Below the pieces are notes generated by a model. That model did no database searches, was not told the DNA's origin, and saw only the letters and a program-made list of their open reading frames with translations. A program made the position numbers and the translations under genes. DNA of 61,482 nucleotides, the filler included, from Choristocarpus tenellus KU-1152 (taxonomy: Eukaryota; Protista; Phaeophyceae): assembly GCA_964200185.2 (NCBI GenBank). It is 12 parts of 12 records of this genome, joined end to end, with 100 filler letters (N's around TTAATTAATTAA, not from the genome) between each part and the next. Parts side by side here need not be neighbours in the genome. Positions count along the whole stretch, not along the records: positions 6,999 to 10,697 come from CAXNAD020018442.1; positions 10,798 to 14,228 come from CAXNAD020020071.1; positions 14,329 to 16,867 come from CAXNAD020026943.1; positions 16,968 to 19,915 come from CAXNAD020023446.1; positions 20,016 to 23,090 come from CAXNAD020022500.1; positions 23,191 to 25,928 come from CAXNAD020025172.1; 6 more parts are not named here. The stretch is one strand, 5' to 3'. Positions within the stretch are counted from its first letter, which is position 1. Every line of letters begins with the position of its first letter. Positions 10,591 through 23,660 of the stretch are shown one piece after another.

Positions 10591-13289
10591 AACCCAAAGT
10601 ATCTTGGGGGGGGGGGGGGGGGGGGGGCCCCCCAGGGGGGTCTTTTTCACCAAAAACAAGAAAAAGGGAACTACATTTTTCCAGGGACGTATACAACNNN
10701 NNNNNNNNNNNNNNNNNNNNNNNNNNNNNNNNNNNNNNNNNTTAATTAATTAANNNNNNNNNNNNNNNNNNNNNNNNNNNNNNNNNNNNNNNNNNNNTTT
10801 GATTGCATACGTCGGATAGATACTGTAAATGCACTTTCCTGATTTTGGTCAAAATGGACAACCTGGTGTAGACCCCCCCCCCCCTCCCAGATACTTTGGG
10901 TCTGTCTTAAACAACTCCTAAGTACTACTGTATCAAAGATTGCGGTAGGACTAAAGTACTGCCTCCGTTCACCCGAGAAGGTTTGAGTCATCCCACCCCT
11001 TGTCGTTCCTCAAATATTATTGTGGACCTACCTTGGCATTGCCACTTCGATCTTGGTTCAGCATTTTTGTGATATGTTGACAAGAAAAAACAGCATAGAT
11101 GTACGATCACTATGTTTAATTGTAGTAGTAGTATTTCCATTAGTCTAAGGGGTCCAAGACCCCTCGTCAAAAGGTCTTCAGAAGAAGGCAATGCGCAGCA
11201 GTAGAGAAACACACAAATACTGTGCATGGACGACAAAAACGGAAGCAGTGAAAAGGAGAAGAAACTAAAAAGAGAGGAGGAACCCAATGTATCTATAATA
11301 GGCAACGAAGAGATCCTAGATGTGGTGCACCAACGTACAAAAATGGAAACATGAAAAATCAATGCAACAAAGAAGTAGAATAAGAAATCAATATTCAGCT
11401 GGACTTTCACCAGACCGGATAGTTAGCATGTCCAACATCCATGCCATGAGCGCAGGTCAGTCTGCAGCCCTGTCATGCTGAAACAGTTGATGGCCATGGA
11501 TTCGACCGTGTTCGCACTTGTTTTTTAGAGTCAACCATCGGTTCGGCTATATTGAAGTAAGGACGGCCATGTTGAACCTACCTGTATCGGGCTGGCCCGC
11601 AGCCATGTTTGAAGTGGTAGCAGTCATGGGCCCCACCATGTTATAAAATCTCACTGATGACCAGCCAGGTAAAATCCACCTGATGAGCAGCCCGGCCTTT
11701 TCATAGTACGTCACACGGACCCATTCTCTAAATACTAATACTATCCATCACTTTGCTTCTTTTTTTTTGCTGTTTGTACTACATATTTTTTGCTATATTA
11801 ATATCACTGGTTATACAAGTATATATTTAGAGAATAGTTACAGTATACTTTTAGTAATAACGTTATGAGTTCTGTTTCGGTGGTTGGGATAATCTGTGAT
11901 CTGCCAGCAGTTGGCAATTCCCCCTCACACGCCACTCCTTACTCCTTACTCCTTACTCATCACCCCTCCATGAGAACCACAGTGTTCAGTGAACAACCCT
12001 TTCCTAGAAGATAAACATTTGGCATAAATTATTTGAGTTGCATTGAGCAGCAGCAGTGGTAGAGGTAATGGTAACAGCATTAGTGGCAACAGTGATGAAG
12101 ACACTGTTAGGGACACTGGTAGTCATGCATCAAGAGGGTACCCAGATATGGCTAGGTCAACAATTGCAACCATCGTCAATTTCACAGAGTGGCGAGCTTG
12201 GGGCATTGATTTATGGAATATAGTGGCAGTCCTTTGCACTTATGACTCAGCGGAAGCAACCTGCGGAACTCAAAAGCAATTTATTGTGTCAGATATTATT
12301 AGGGAAGCAGAAGTATCCAATAGCGAGGTGTCTTAGACCTTTGAGTTCTTCAAGATCATGGAGAATGCTAACTGAAGACCCTAATACGCAGTACCAGGTC
12401 GTGGTGTAGTAACAGTGCCAAGGGGGCAAGGGTAAAAAAGATGACAGGAATTTGTGATGCATTGTTGAGAGCCATTTTTGCTGTACACGCAACCATGACC
12501 ATCATCACGTCTAATATACGACAAGGAAAGCAAGTGCTTGAGGGTGACTAAGGATTGAAGACAGCACTGCTTTTGCTTTTACCCTTGTAGATCATAGATC
12601 AAAGTGCTGAAAGTGCATCATTGCAAAAAACCCATACGGCAACAATCTGTATGCACATTAAACTTCACCCTAAACATGTCAGAAAGGTTAGACAAGTCAG
12701 CAGACATGATCCGGACACGGTTGGGCAAGATAGAGACCCAGTCTGGCTGGCGGACATGGACCCATACAATACCTACAGACACGGAGCAGGACATGTCGGA
12801 TAATTGTGGGACTACTGGGGTCTAGGTCATGGATGGACCATTCTACACTTGCCAACTCAGTGAAAGCCCTTGGGTCTCAACTGGTATTGATGATGGTGAA
12901 TTTGGTTACTTGGGCTACCTTAGCTTCTGTCTTAGCATGATATACATCAACTATCACAATTTCCTTGGAATGCCACTTTACCATGAAACTGTTCGGACGC
13001 CAACCGTACACATGTCCCCCGCCTCTGTCGTTTGGTTGCCCCTTGTTCTCCATCACAAAACTGCGATCCCAAATTTCTCGAGGTTATGTTATAGGTACAG
13101 TACTATGTATTGTGCCTGACAAATACGTGAAATTAGATAATCGAAATCGATGGGGTTCGAACCTGTTAAACTCATGCAGGGATAACCACCGTATCCATTG
13201 ATCTACAAGAATACACTTCCAGTACAACTACATCCCTCCACCTCCCCAACAGGTCACCACAGGAGGAACTACAAATAATATTAAGCTGG

Positions 13290-13800
13290 AGAATAACGGT
13301 ATCAGCAGACTGCCAAGTTTATCTTTGAAGATTTACTCAGTGATAAAACCGATATCAACATTGTGATGCAACTTTGTACCCAGAAGGCATGGGGGCGCTT
13401 CAAGATGTACAGGAAATAGATATATTGACATAAAATTCGGAAGCTCAAAATCGAAGTACTCGAGAGTCTGCTGTATGGGTACATGAAGTAGACACCAAGA
13501 AAGGACCATTGCGCCTAAGTCCCTGCTCAACACTACAACTTCCTACATGGCTCCATTGAGTTCCATAGAGGAGGTTATTATTTGTAGTTTTCATGTTGCG
13601 AATGGACAACGATCGATTGCCAAAAACCTTCATGCTTTGGAGAACTCCACTTCAGGAACCAAAGGGAGAGAAGGGAGGTTCAGAGAAAAACTGGTGGTGC
13701 CTCCAAAACGACCTGAAGGCTTTCGAACCCACAGAGGACCAGTGGGTTTGGCTTTCAGAGGACTCAACCAGGTGATACAAATGTGTGAGGGTTGTAGATA
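13290..13800 (+). mobile_element. RTE-clade LINE remnant (C-terminal part of the RT ORF)
   Basis: Frames read QKAWGRFKMY..KIRKLKIEVLESLLYGY and RMDNDRLPKTFMLW...WWCLQNDLKAF, which are typical post-RT motifs of RTE elements. Multiple stops. Confidence 0.75.
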
Positions 13801-14330
13801 AGTACTTCATGGATATCGGGCATACTGTTGAGATCAAAGAGATCACAGTCTCTCACAAAAACGTGGCCTTGACCAACAACCATGTGTGATAATGCCATCT
13901 GGGCTTCTCCTCTTTTTCTTTTCTTCTTTTTCTCTTTGGAAGGGAAGAGGAGTGGATGAATCCTTTGCCCAACTTCTTGGTGTTGATGATAGTAGGTCTA
14001 GGGGGCGTAAGGATTTGACATACATAATCTGAAAAAATATGGATTTGTGCCCCTTGAACCAATTGTGATCTTTATTGGTGGATCATCCTTCAATAGTGCT
14101 TTCTTTCTGCATCTTATTTTCTATTTCTATTTACTTCACTGATAGAACTGTCCTTTTGCTTTGCTCACGAATTCTGGATTATTATTATTATTTGCACATT
14201 CCTATTTTCTTATTCCTCTATCCTCCATNNNNNNNNNNNNNNNNNNNNNNNNNNNNNNNNNNNNNNNNNNNNTTAATTAATTAANNNNNNNNNNNNNNNN
14301 NNNNNNNNNNNNNNNNNNNNNNNNNNNNAG

Positions 14331-14459
14331 CGCGCAATTGAGCTCAACAACGGGCGTGCAGCTCAGATGGGTATCCTAGCAATGATGGTCCACGAGGAAT
14401 TGTCAAACCAGCCCTACATCATCAATGACCTTGTGGGGGCATCATACTCTTTCAATTAA
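14331..14459 (+). CDS. Fucoxanthin-chlorophyll a/c light-harvesting protein (LHCF/FCP), C-terminal fragment
   Basis: RAIELNNGRAAQMGILAMMVHEELSNQPYIINDLVGASYSFN-stop contains the helix-3 ELxNGRxAxxG motif of LHC proteins. The 5' part is lost at the contig break. Confidence 0.95.
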   Translation, partial: RAIELNNGRAAQMGILAMMVHEELSNQPYIINDLVGASYSFN

Positions 14460-16967
14460 GTGCACATAGAAATATTTGACCTTGTACAGTAGATATATGA
14501 CGTAAAATCGATGTTGCTATCCTGAAGTGGAATTGCAAACCTTTGGTGAGGCGTTGCTGTTTATTGTGGTGTCTTTAGAAGCGCAAACGAGGTTTAATAA
14601 TAAAATGTTAGATGACACAAAGCATGTTCTTACAGTCATGAACTCAACCTTCATATATGGGACTAGAGTGCTTTTGTTTCCATCAAATACAAAGTGGTTG
14701 AAATAGGTTAGAATTGAGACAGAAATATTATCTTTGCAAAGGACACTTTTGTAAGATTGGAACTATTTGACAATGGATATGCTACAGAGTTATCTTGAAA
14801 GTGCGGGTTGAACTTACTCCTGTTTTGGGGTATGTAATTTGTTCTGCAGTAAATGCATGAGTGTTCTTTTATGCATCCTTAGATTAATCCTCTTGATAGA
14901 AAAACATTGGTATTCTTACTGAGTAGTAGGAAAGTTTTCATTGAAGCCATCGGTGGGTATGATGTCGATTGTGAGGGAAATCTGTCCTGCTTCTAGTGTG
15001 AGAAAATCAATATCAGAGATTTAATGTGCCCCTACAACATTGTGTTTTCTAATAATCTGGATTGTCAAGTCTTCCTCGTGTACAATCATAGAGCTGTGCT
15101 GCATCCTAAATAACCCTTCTCATTGCATGATTTTGCATTTTCTTTGTCAACAGAACTCACCTCTCGTACATATTCATTGTATCGTGATGCGAGTAGTAAG
15201 TGCATGATCAGCTGTGCAACATCTTGGATTGCTTCGATAATGTTGCTCTCTCATATGTCACGGCCAATTGTTTTCTGTCCTCTCTAGTCAATATTGCACA
15301 ATGGTGCTCTCACCAATACAGATGAGCTAATGGTGATTCTCCTGGTATATAGTCCATCGGTGGTCTGTGCAAATCTCTCCACACAGTGTGCAGTTGCTCT
15401 GTGGTAAATGCTATGGCATACCTTGCTTGATGTTACTAATGTTTGATCTCCCTGTGTGGCAAACAAGCTGCAATTTATTACAGCTTAATTTCGTTGCATT
15501 CCTTCAATTGCCCCAAATATTAGTATCAACCCTAAAATCTTATGTTCCGGATTTAAACTGCTCTCAATACTACTAGCATTTGTTTGTATGTGATTGGATT
15601 TAACTGCTTTCTTGAGTTTACTCTGGGGACTATTGCGACTGGTGGTCAGAGTCGGCGCTCCAGTACAACTTCTCAACTGCTGTCACTAACTACTGTATGA
15701 CGACAAATTGCATTTTGTTTCTCCCCCTTTGGGCATTGGAGTCGGTCATGCCACTGGTCATTTCTCTGCCTCTGTTGAATCTTGTGCTAGACCTGCTTTG
15801 ACATCGCTTAGCAATAAAAGCTTTCCTGACTATTTTTTAGTTGTGAACTGGAACGATAAAGCCTTTTGTGCAAGGTATATCTTAGCCATCCTGTGTTCGA
15901 GAGAGGCGTTGATTATCTCGAGTCCTAGTGACTGTTCTGGTACGTAAGAGGCATGTGCTTCGAGCACTCTCTGGAGGGTGATCCACACTTATTTTGTGGT
16001 TGAACATTGTTTTCTTCTGAGGCCACACCCTCTGATGAAGGGGCCAAGGGGGGTTTGGTCCAATTCAGGCATGGGAGGAAAGAGGGTTATCAGGTGCAAG
16101 GCGCAAAAGTCTTGGATTCTCGAAAGAAGAGCCTGAATATTCTCCCCTCTAAGATGAGGTAAATCCATTGTCTTTCTTTTTTGCTTCCAGTGGTATCTGA
16201 ATGGACAGGGGTGTTTTGAGCGTAGGAAGGCAAGATGGAGAAAAGGGAAAAGTAATTGTTTTCAGGGTACCTGGAGAAACATGAAAGGGCCGTGCCCACA
16301 AAGTAAGTAACAGGGTATTCCCAAAATTGAGGATGGAGGATACTATGGAGGATGGGTTTGACCCCAAATTGACCGGGAAAAAGTGTCGATATATATTTTT
16401 TGTAAATGTTGCGGCACTTTTTAAGGGCCCCTTTATGAATGGGAATCCGTGCCGGATGTGGTAGTAGTACAGTGTGTGGGGGGCGGCAATGAGTTAATTT
16501 GATTGCCGTGCACACGAATGCCCTGCGTTGGCTTGCTTGCTTGAATAATTAGTGCGGTCGGTGGAGTCGTTTGACTGTCGATGGAGGTGGTAGAAAAAAA
16601 TAGTACTTCGAGGTAGTTTCTTTAGGGGCGGCGGGGTTTCGTCATCATTATGGAAGTTTGATTGATAAGAAGAAGAGAAGAAGTGTTATTTTCCCATATT
16701 ATTAAATTGTTTATCAATTATTGCTATCGTCGCTAAGTAGAAGAAGAAGCTAACATTGAGTGCATATATGTAATGTCATCATATGATGATTGAACTCTTT
16801 GTACGAATATCTCAGTCATGCCCAATATATCGGGTTTTGCGATATGCCCCCCCCTGTTAAGAATATGNNNNNNNNNNNNNNNNNNNNNNNNNNNNNNNNN
16901 NNNNNNNNNNNTTAATTAATTAANNNNNNNNNNNNNNNNNNNNNNNNNNNNNNNNNNNNNNNNNNNN

Positions 16968-17186
16968 TGTCCATTTCGGGCTTGGCTTCTCATGTATATT
17001 TTTATGATATTTTTCTACTCCAAAATGTTTCGGAGTAGGTAAATGTGTAAGTTACGAAAAGGTGTGTCCGTAACAAGGATATTGACACTTCCTACCAAAC
17101 ACGATAGCCAAAATTATATCAAAATTGCAACGTTGGATTTTGATATCCAAATGGACACGGCTCTACCCTCTAAGATACTTTGGCTC
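16968..17186 (-). mobile_element. MITE family A, partial, inserted in a copia RNase H
   Basis: Ends CTACCCTCTAAGATACTTTGGCTC and is followed directly by GAAVSWLSRTQ coding sequence. Confidence 0.9.
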
Positions 17187-18006
17187 GGGGGGCAGCAGTT
17201 TCTTGGCTTTCCAGGACTCAATGTGTCATAGCACAGACGACTGCAGAGGCAGAGTACATAGTGATGGGGGAATGTGTAAAGCAGTTGTTTTTGTGAGGTG
17301 TGTTGGAGTTCTTGCAACCTGATAGGACTGGGTCGTGTTATATAGTGTATGAGGATAACACAGGAGCTATCCATTTGGCAAACAACCCCTTGAGTTCGGG
17401 CAGGACAAAGCATATAGATGTACGGCATCATTTCCTAAGGGAGTTGGTAGCAAATGGACAAATAAGGATTGTTCATGTTACCTCAGATGAGCAACATACA
17501 GATGTCTTGACCAAGCCTTTAGCAGAAATATCTTTTTGGAGGCATGCAAGGGATTGCTAAATTCAGAGTATGTTCAGTGGTTGCTTCTTGCTGAATTTGA
17601 GTGTGTTTGTTTGGATTTATTTATTTTCAGTGAGTTCAATAGCTGGTTGTTTTCTTGTCATACAGGATTGACCTGAGGAGTCTAGGATCCATAATTATTT
17701 TCTTGTAAGTTCTCAAGAGTTGTTTGAGCTAGGGAGGGTGTTCGATTAGACTCTTCCAACTCTATTGGACAGTTACGGTAAAATATGTACGGAGTAAAGG
17801 AACAATCAATTTGTGGTTGAGTTATGAGAACCTTTTACTAGAGATTAGTTGTATGAGAAAAACTCTCATATAAAAGGAAATAATTATGATTTTATGGGGT
17901 GCTGCATGCCCCAATTAACTTTAATCAATCACTCTACAGACACTAAGCAACCTCGCTGGGTTTATCACCTTTATCCCTCTTTGACAATTTGGGAGATACT
18001 TTAACA
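17187..18006 (+). mobile_element. Ty1/copia family 1, 3' end: RNase H, PPT and 3' LTR (17739-18006)
   Basis: GAAVSWLSRTQ..TTAEAEY and YEDNTGAIHLANNPLSSGRTKHIDVRHHFLRE..DVLTKPL are canonical copia RNase H. PPT AGGGAGGG at 17731-17738 lies immediately before the TG...CA LTR. Confidence 0.93.
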
Positions 18007-19518
18007 TACGTATTCCTGCACATGAACAACGTTCAAAGGCAGCAAAAGCATTTAACTTGAGGCAAACATTGCAATAGTACAAGCTTTGCATCTGCTTTGA
18101 AAATATCGGCACAATCAAAATTGGGGGGCATGGGCACATTGGCTCTGCCGACCAGGAGTTGAAATTGGAGGAATGAAAATTATACTAGTCTGCCGACCAT
18201 GAGAAAAAATTGGAGGAATGAAAATTCTACTCTCTAATACTCAGTATCATGTCTGTAGGTATCCCTAACCCTATCCCTCCAAGCATCACTGCAAACCATA
18301 TGTAATTCATCAGGTTAATTTCTAAAGTCGAAAAACAGAAATAGAAAATGATCCCTCGCAAACTCAAGGAATTATGTTTCTACAAGGAAAAACAAAAGTA
18401 CTCGAGAAACAAATCTCCACTCAAACTTTCTCTTCTACAATACCTCATCTATTTCGAAATGTACTCAATATCGCACAACATTTTTTCATATTTTCACATG
18501 CCTGTGTCTGGAAGATTCACTTCCATGCTGAATACAACTACTACTTAGTACGAATAATATAATTTCTTCCTGCATGCCAAGTCTTTGTCAGGAAAGGGAG
18601 TCCTCACAGGTACAGGTATATAGCATGGTGACCCCCAATTGTACCACATTGTTGCTGAGCCCCACAACCTTTCGTGCATCAAACACAGGGTTGGAGTGCT
18701 CTATTAGCTCATGCACTGAGGTGTATGATAGGTGTGCATACATTGTATTGGGGAATACAGAATGGGTTAAGGATATGTCCAAATGTGATCCCTTTCGGAT
18801 ACCTCAGGGGGGCACATCATACAATCTTTATTATAGTGTACCCCTCCCGTTTCTGTCACTCATACCCTTACGGCTTCTCTATCACATCAGCCAGTCCCAA
18901 CAAGAAAGTTCCAGTTATCAAGGTAACATTTGAAGGCTGAGAAAGTATCCTCTGACCGTTGTGTGGCCAGGAGGAAGGAGGCGGTTCTCTGGACAACCAC
19001 ACAGAACACAACTCCCCACAAAAGGAACTGCGCTTTGGCCAGATCAAAGGCACCTTCCGCTGGTGTTTGGGGACCATCCACTCATTTACCGTTTGCCGTG
19101 CGCAATACATCCTTGTACGAAACTTATGCACTGGTTGGCAGAATCTCCTACCTCCCAGATCAGACACGCACTAATCCTAACCCTATCCCTACACCTTTTC
19201 TACATAATACTAATATATGATGCTACTTACGCCTACATACTCGGAAGTACTCAATAGGAATTGAAACGGTTTTTCGTGTAACCGAAAAATGTACAAAATG
19301 AATGTGTGATGCATTCAGTCATCCAGTCAACCACACCTACACACACTAGTGAACTTGGGCGACTCATCGGATTGAGGTAGGTAATATCGAGCTGGTTCCG
19401 AGAGGGCTCTGGACAGCTTCTTTAGATCAACCAGAAGAACCTATTTTCGGTGTGGACAATGGCTGATTACAGGGCTGTTGGTCCTGCCTCGTGGAGGCCA
19501 CCTACCGGAAGGTCGGGT

Positions 19519-19628
19519 ACACGAATCTCCTAAGAGGGAAAAACAAAATAATCCGTCTCGCGTAAGCAATCATACACGAACCTCCTAAGAGGGAAAGACA
19601 AAATAACCCGTCTCGCGTTAGCAATCAT
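19519..19628 (+). repeat. Tandem duplication, 2 x 55 bp
   Basis: ACACGAA(T/C)CTCCTAAGAGGGAAA...GCAATCAT is repeated head to tail with a few substitutions. Confidence 0.9.
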
Positions 19629-20380
19629 CTCACCAGTTCTGTGTCTTTTTCAACTGCGCACAAAAAATATGTCGTTATCCTTGTCGAAACCAAAATACTG
19701 TAATGTCTGTATCAGGGGAAGGCGTAATTATGATCGAGGGAGTGGAGGGCCCACTTGGCGTACTCCACCACCAACAAAGCCGATCAAAGGAGTGTCCACG
19801 GTGGAGAGAGGGCAGGGGTCGTTGGGGGGCCTCAACAGCTGCCCATCGACCCCTCTGGGAATGAGGACGAGGGTGAAGTCGCCATGAGGTGGGATCTTTA
19901 AAGGGGTATAGTGCTNNNNNNNNNNNNNNNNNNNNNNNNNNNNNNNNNNNNNNNNNNNNTTAATTAATTAANNNNNNNNNNNNNNNNNNNNNNNNNNNNN
20001 NNNNNNNNNNNNNNNTCTTACCACGGTATAACGGTATATGGCATACGAGCAATACGGTATAATAACAGACAAACATGCTTTCCACACTTATCTTGATTAT
20101 TTATACTACTATTAAATCACGAGTGTATGGTGTAACTAACCCATATATGGGATTTATGTGAGGTGGGGGGAGTGGGGTGTTTCTTTTCTTCTTCTTCTGC
20201 CACAACCAATTTGTTGTTTTGGACCTTCATTGAATAATGGAGATTAATGGACTGAAAATATACTGGAGTCGATATATTTCCAAACCGGACACCCACCATT
20301 TCATATACATAATACTGTCATATGTTACATGTTCTACTCATGTTAAGACCAAACCCAAACCTCACTTGAGCTTATTCAAG

Positions 20381-21434
20381 ATGTCTCTCGCGCCTTCGCT
20401 TCGACTGCTGCTGGCAGAAACTATGGTACTCTTGACTTTGCTATTAAGTGGACTGGCATTTAGTCCTGCTTTTCGACCTTCAACATTTTCGATGTCACAA
20501 CCGCAGACTCACTTGGCTGGTTGGGGGTGTCATGGCATCAGTAGATTCAAGTAAGTTTGACTACAAGTGGCTAGGTAAGGAAGTCCTTAGGGCCATACCG
20601 TGGTCCGAAATTAAGTACCCTCTTGTAGCACCTTCTTCCCTGCGACAATGACTGCAAGTGTGGTGCTTTTCTAATGTTATTTAGCATCCCTTCCCTCCTG
20701 CTTTTGCATTGTTAGGTCCCTCCAACAGCTGCAGATGCGCAAGGGGCAACTGATCATTCGAGAAGCAGAATTCGCGTCTCGTGAACCACTCATCTTAACT
20801 GAGGAGAACGTTGTGGCAGTGATTGAGGAGGTGATTAGCTTGCGGTGTATCCTTTTCTTCTCCTCGCAGTTCAGAGTTTATGCAGAGTCGACCAATGCTT
20901 GGCGACAAGATTACTACCCTCACACCATCATCCGGCTTGCTGTAGACCTTATATACCTCACGATCACTTTCTTTCTGGCCGCGACTTATCTCGTGGTAGG
21001 CAAAAAAGGAGCTTGGCACCATGTTCGGGAATAGTGCAGAGAACAGGGGAGTCGGGATCACAGGGGAGGTGGAGTTTGTTGAACTCGATGGGCCATGCGT
21101 CATCATACGCATGAGCGGTCGGTTCTGGCATGCGAGGGAGGCGGTGAGGGATCCCAATATCTACATTATGCACCCCACACCAGGCATTCTTGTCCTGTCT
21201 CAAGTTTTCTAAAACCACAATTTCGCTGGATATTTGGTATTTCTCTTTTTTTGTATCCAAATCATATTTTTCCTTCCACACCAACACACACTCACACCTC
21301 TCTCTCTCTCTCTCACTGGTCCTCTTGACTGGAGACAGGTTCTTGCCCGTGTGTCAAACTTCATTTTAACACGCATACCGGAGTGCATCGATGTAAGTGT
21401 GGAGGACCCCTCGCAGTTACTGGAGGAGAAGTAG
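20381..21434 (+). CDS. Plastid-targeted NifU-C-terminal-like protein (GRFWH type, no CxxC); exons 20381-20550, 20716-20830, 21000-21143, 21339-21434
   Basis: GT-AG introns with consistent phases. A signal peptide ending GLA-FSP resembles the heterokont ASAFAP motif. The mature part LTEENVVAVIEEAKKELGTMFG...GITGEVEFVELDGPCVIIRMSGRFWHAREAVLARVSNFILTRIPECIDV follows the NifU-C pattern. Confidence 0.85.
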
Positions 21435-23016
21435 AGGGCCAAGCCAGTGTGGGTGATGAAGTAGAGCTTTGGTCGCAAACAACACATACAGCACTGAGGT
21501 GCCTGCTCCTTGATAGATGTTGAATGTAGTATTTTCATGTGTGGTCATATGCACTCTACCAAGCCTTTCTACTTTTTAGGTGAGAGAACTAGACAACAGA
21601 AAAGTCCTTACTTGCTTGAGGAGATGCATTTGCTGAAATGACAAGGTTTAGACATAGACAATATTCTTGTACAGGTGAGTGACACATTTTGCACATATCG
21701 TAAAATGCAATGTAAAATCTTAGCACCCTCTCACAAAGCCTCAGCCACTGACCCTTGCTCATGATTGCACTGTGTAAGGGTCTTTCCTCCCTTTCCAGTT
21801 GATGCATTATAACCCCTTCCACCCACAAGCAATAATCTTGAACCATAATCAGTGAAATTGTGTCCCAATATTATAGCCGCTGACATGAGCTCAAAACGAC
21901 TCTGCTACAAACCTCTAGGAGGATAAGCCCTGCAGAGATCTTGCAGAGTAGGTCTAAGTCCAATGGGGGGATGAGCATGTGGTGCCTTGTGTGTTAGGAT
22001 TGTGTCAATTTCTGTACTCAGTGCAGCCGGAAATATACATTCTAATGCCACGTGTTGGGATGTAAATAATACGAACACTCTTTTGGACCCCTACTGGGGT
22101 TATCACTTTCAAATATTCTATGGTTTACAAGGGGTTCAGTGATGAAGATCTAAACACATCAGGCAGATATTTTTCCTTTTCTTTTAAGGAGGGGCTATTG
22201 CTATATCCCTCTAGAGGTTTAGGTGTGTATTAGAATGATATTCTTCCCTAGCACACTTCTCAAGGCCTGCAGAAATCACACACATACAGACATGCTTCTG
22301 TGCCTATCGGTTCCCAGGTAGTCCGTGTCTTGGTCACAAATGTATAAAACACACAGTATGTACTTTTCTGTCAATGTTAAAGTTTTTTTAATTCCACATT
22401 TGGCCTATGATATCCATTATCTAGCACGAGACTTGTAGGGTAATGGTGATACCCTTTGCTCTCTGACATCCATAATTCAAAACAATATTTGGGCCCATTT
22501 GTTCAACTATGATTCCTCAGAGCAACCCACTTAGTACATGAGATATTACCATAGTAGATACTACTAGATCCTATGCCGTAGATAATTGTAACAACTGTTA
22601 AGTCACCCCCCCCCCCCCCCCCCCCCCCCCTTCTTCTCTTTTTCCCTCTCCTTTCTTTTTTTTTTCTATCTGTTTANNNNNNNNNNCCCCCCCCCCCCCC
22701 CCCCCTTTTCTTTTTCCTACCTATCGTCCTGCACTTTTTTGTCAGAACAGTGAAGGGATTGCGCTAAATGTGATATAGTTTTGTGTTGTTTGGAAAGACC
22801 CTGACCTGTGATGACTTCATTGTTGATTAAGAATTCCCTGTTTGCCATCTTGAGGGTCTACGTGATGCACAGGCAGGCGCAGCTCACCCATTCCGTCCGC
22901 ATACAACTTTCATTGTGCCTTTCCTCCTTGTGCTGCTTGAGCACCATTACAGCTTAGTAGCAGATCCTCTCTTTCTCATTTTCCCCAAGGTCCAGCCCTC
23001 AGGTTTATTTACCTAG

Positions 23017-23052
<36 letters not shown>

Positions 23053-23404
23053 TTCCTCCTTCTGTGCTTCGCCCCCCACACCCCCCTATCNNNNNNNNNN
23101 NNNNNNNNNNNNNNNNNNNNNNNNNNNNNNNNNNTTAATTAATTAANNNNNNNNNNNNNNNNNNNNNNNNNNNNNNNNNNNNNNNNNNNNCCATCCTCAA
23201 TTTTGGTGAGAGGCCGTTTTACAGGAAATTCCTTGTTCAGAGCTTCCAACACCACCCTGCCTGTCTCTACCGTCCGTCTAGCCATCAGCAAACCATCCGC
23301 ATGACTGGCTATCCAGCAGTTGGATCACACTGTTTTCCACCAAATGTAGCAAACATGGGTCAGCCCGGCACTGCTCAAAACCTAGTCCCTTGAGTGCCCG
23401 GATC

Positions 23405-23660
23405 GAGTGAATTATGTTAGAGGGTACGAGGTTTGCCCTATTTGTCCGTTTGGGGCTTGACTTCCTACGAGGTTTTTATGACATATTCCTACTCCGAAAT
23501 ATTTCGGAGTAGGTAGAATGTATATATTAAGAAAAGGTGTGTCCGGAAGAAGGATATTGGAACTTCCTAACAAACACGTGGCCAAAATTACATCAAAATT
23601 GGAACATTATATTTTGGTCCCCAAACGGAAGCCGCTCTACCCTCTAAGATGCTTTTACTC
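23405..23660 (-). mobile_element. MITE family A with 4-bp TSD GATC
   Basis: GATC|GAGTG...TACTC|GATC. Removing the element plus one GATC restores the copia RT frame WHENMIRAL. Confidence 0.93.

Noticed and set aside
11410-11730. GGCCC-rich degenerate repeats (also about 12670-12850 and 28110-28720)
   Set aside because: Probably old non-autonomous elements, but boundaries and family cannot be defined by eye.
14850-16000. Minus-strand coding-like stretch, possibly a TE-associated Ulp1-like protease
   Set aside because: Frames are short and interrupted, and no catalytic motif is identifiable.
18263-18275. CCCTAACCCT motifs as telomeric repeats (also near 19175 and 43445)
   Set aside because: Only one or two units each, with no array.
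18144-19628. Short direct repeats as a CRISPR array
   Set aside because: Only two head-to-tail units each, no unique spacers, no cas genes, and a eukaryotic context.
22606-23090. Long poly-C tracts and microsatellites (also CT at about 56295-56328 and TTTA at about 53385-53422)
   Set aside because: Low-complexity sequence near gaps, with unreliable lengths and no functional evidence.
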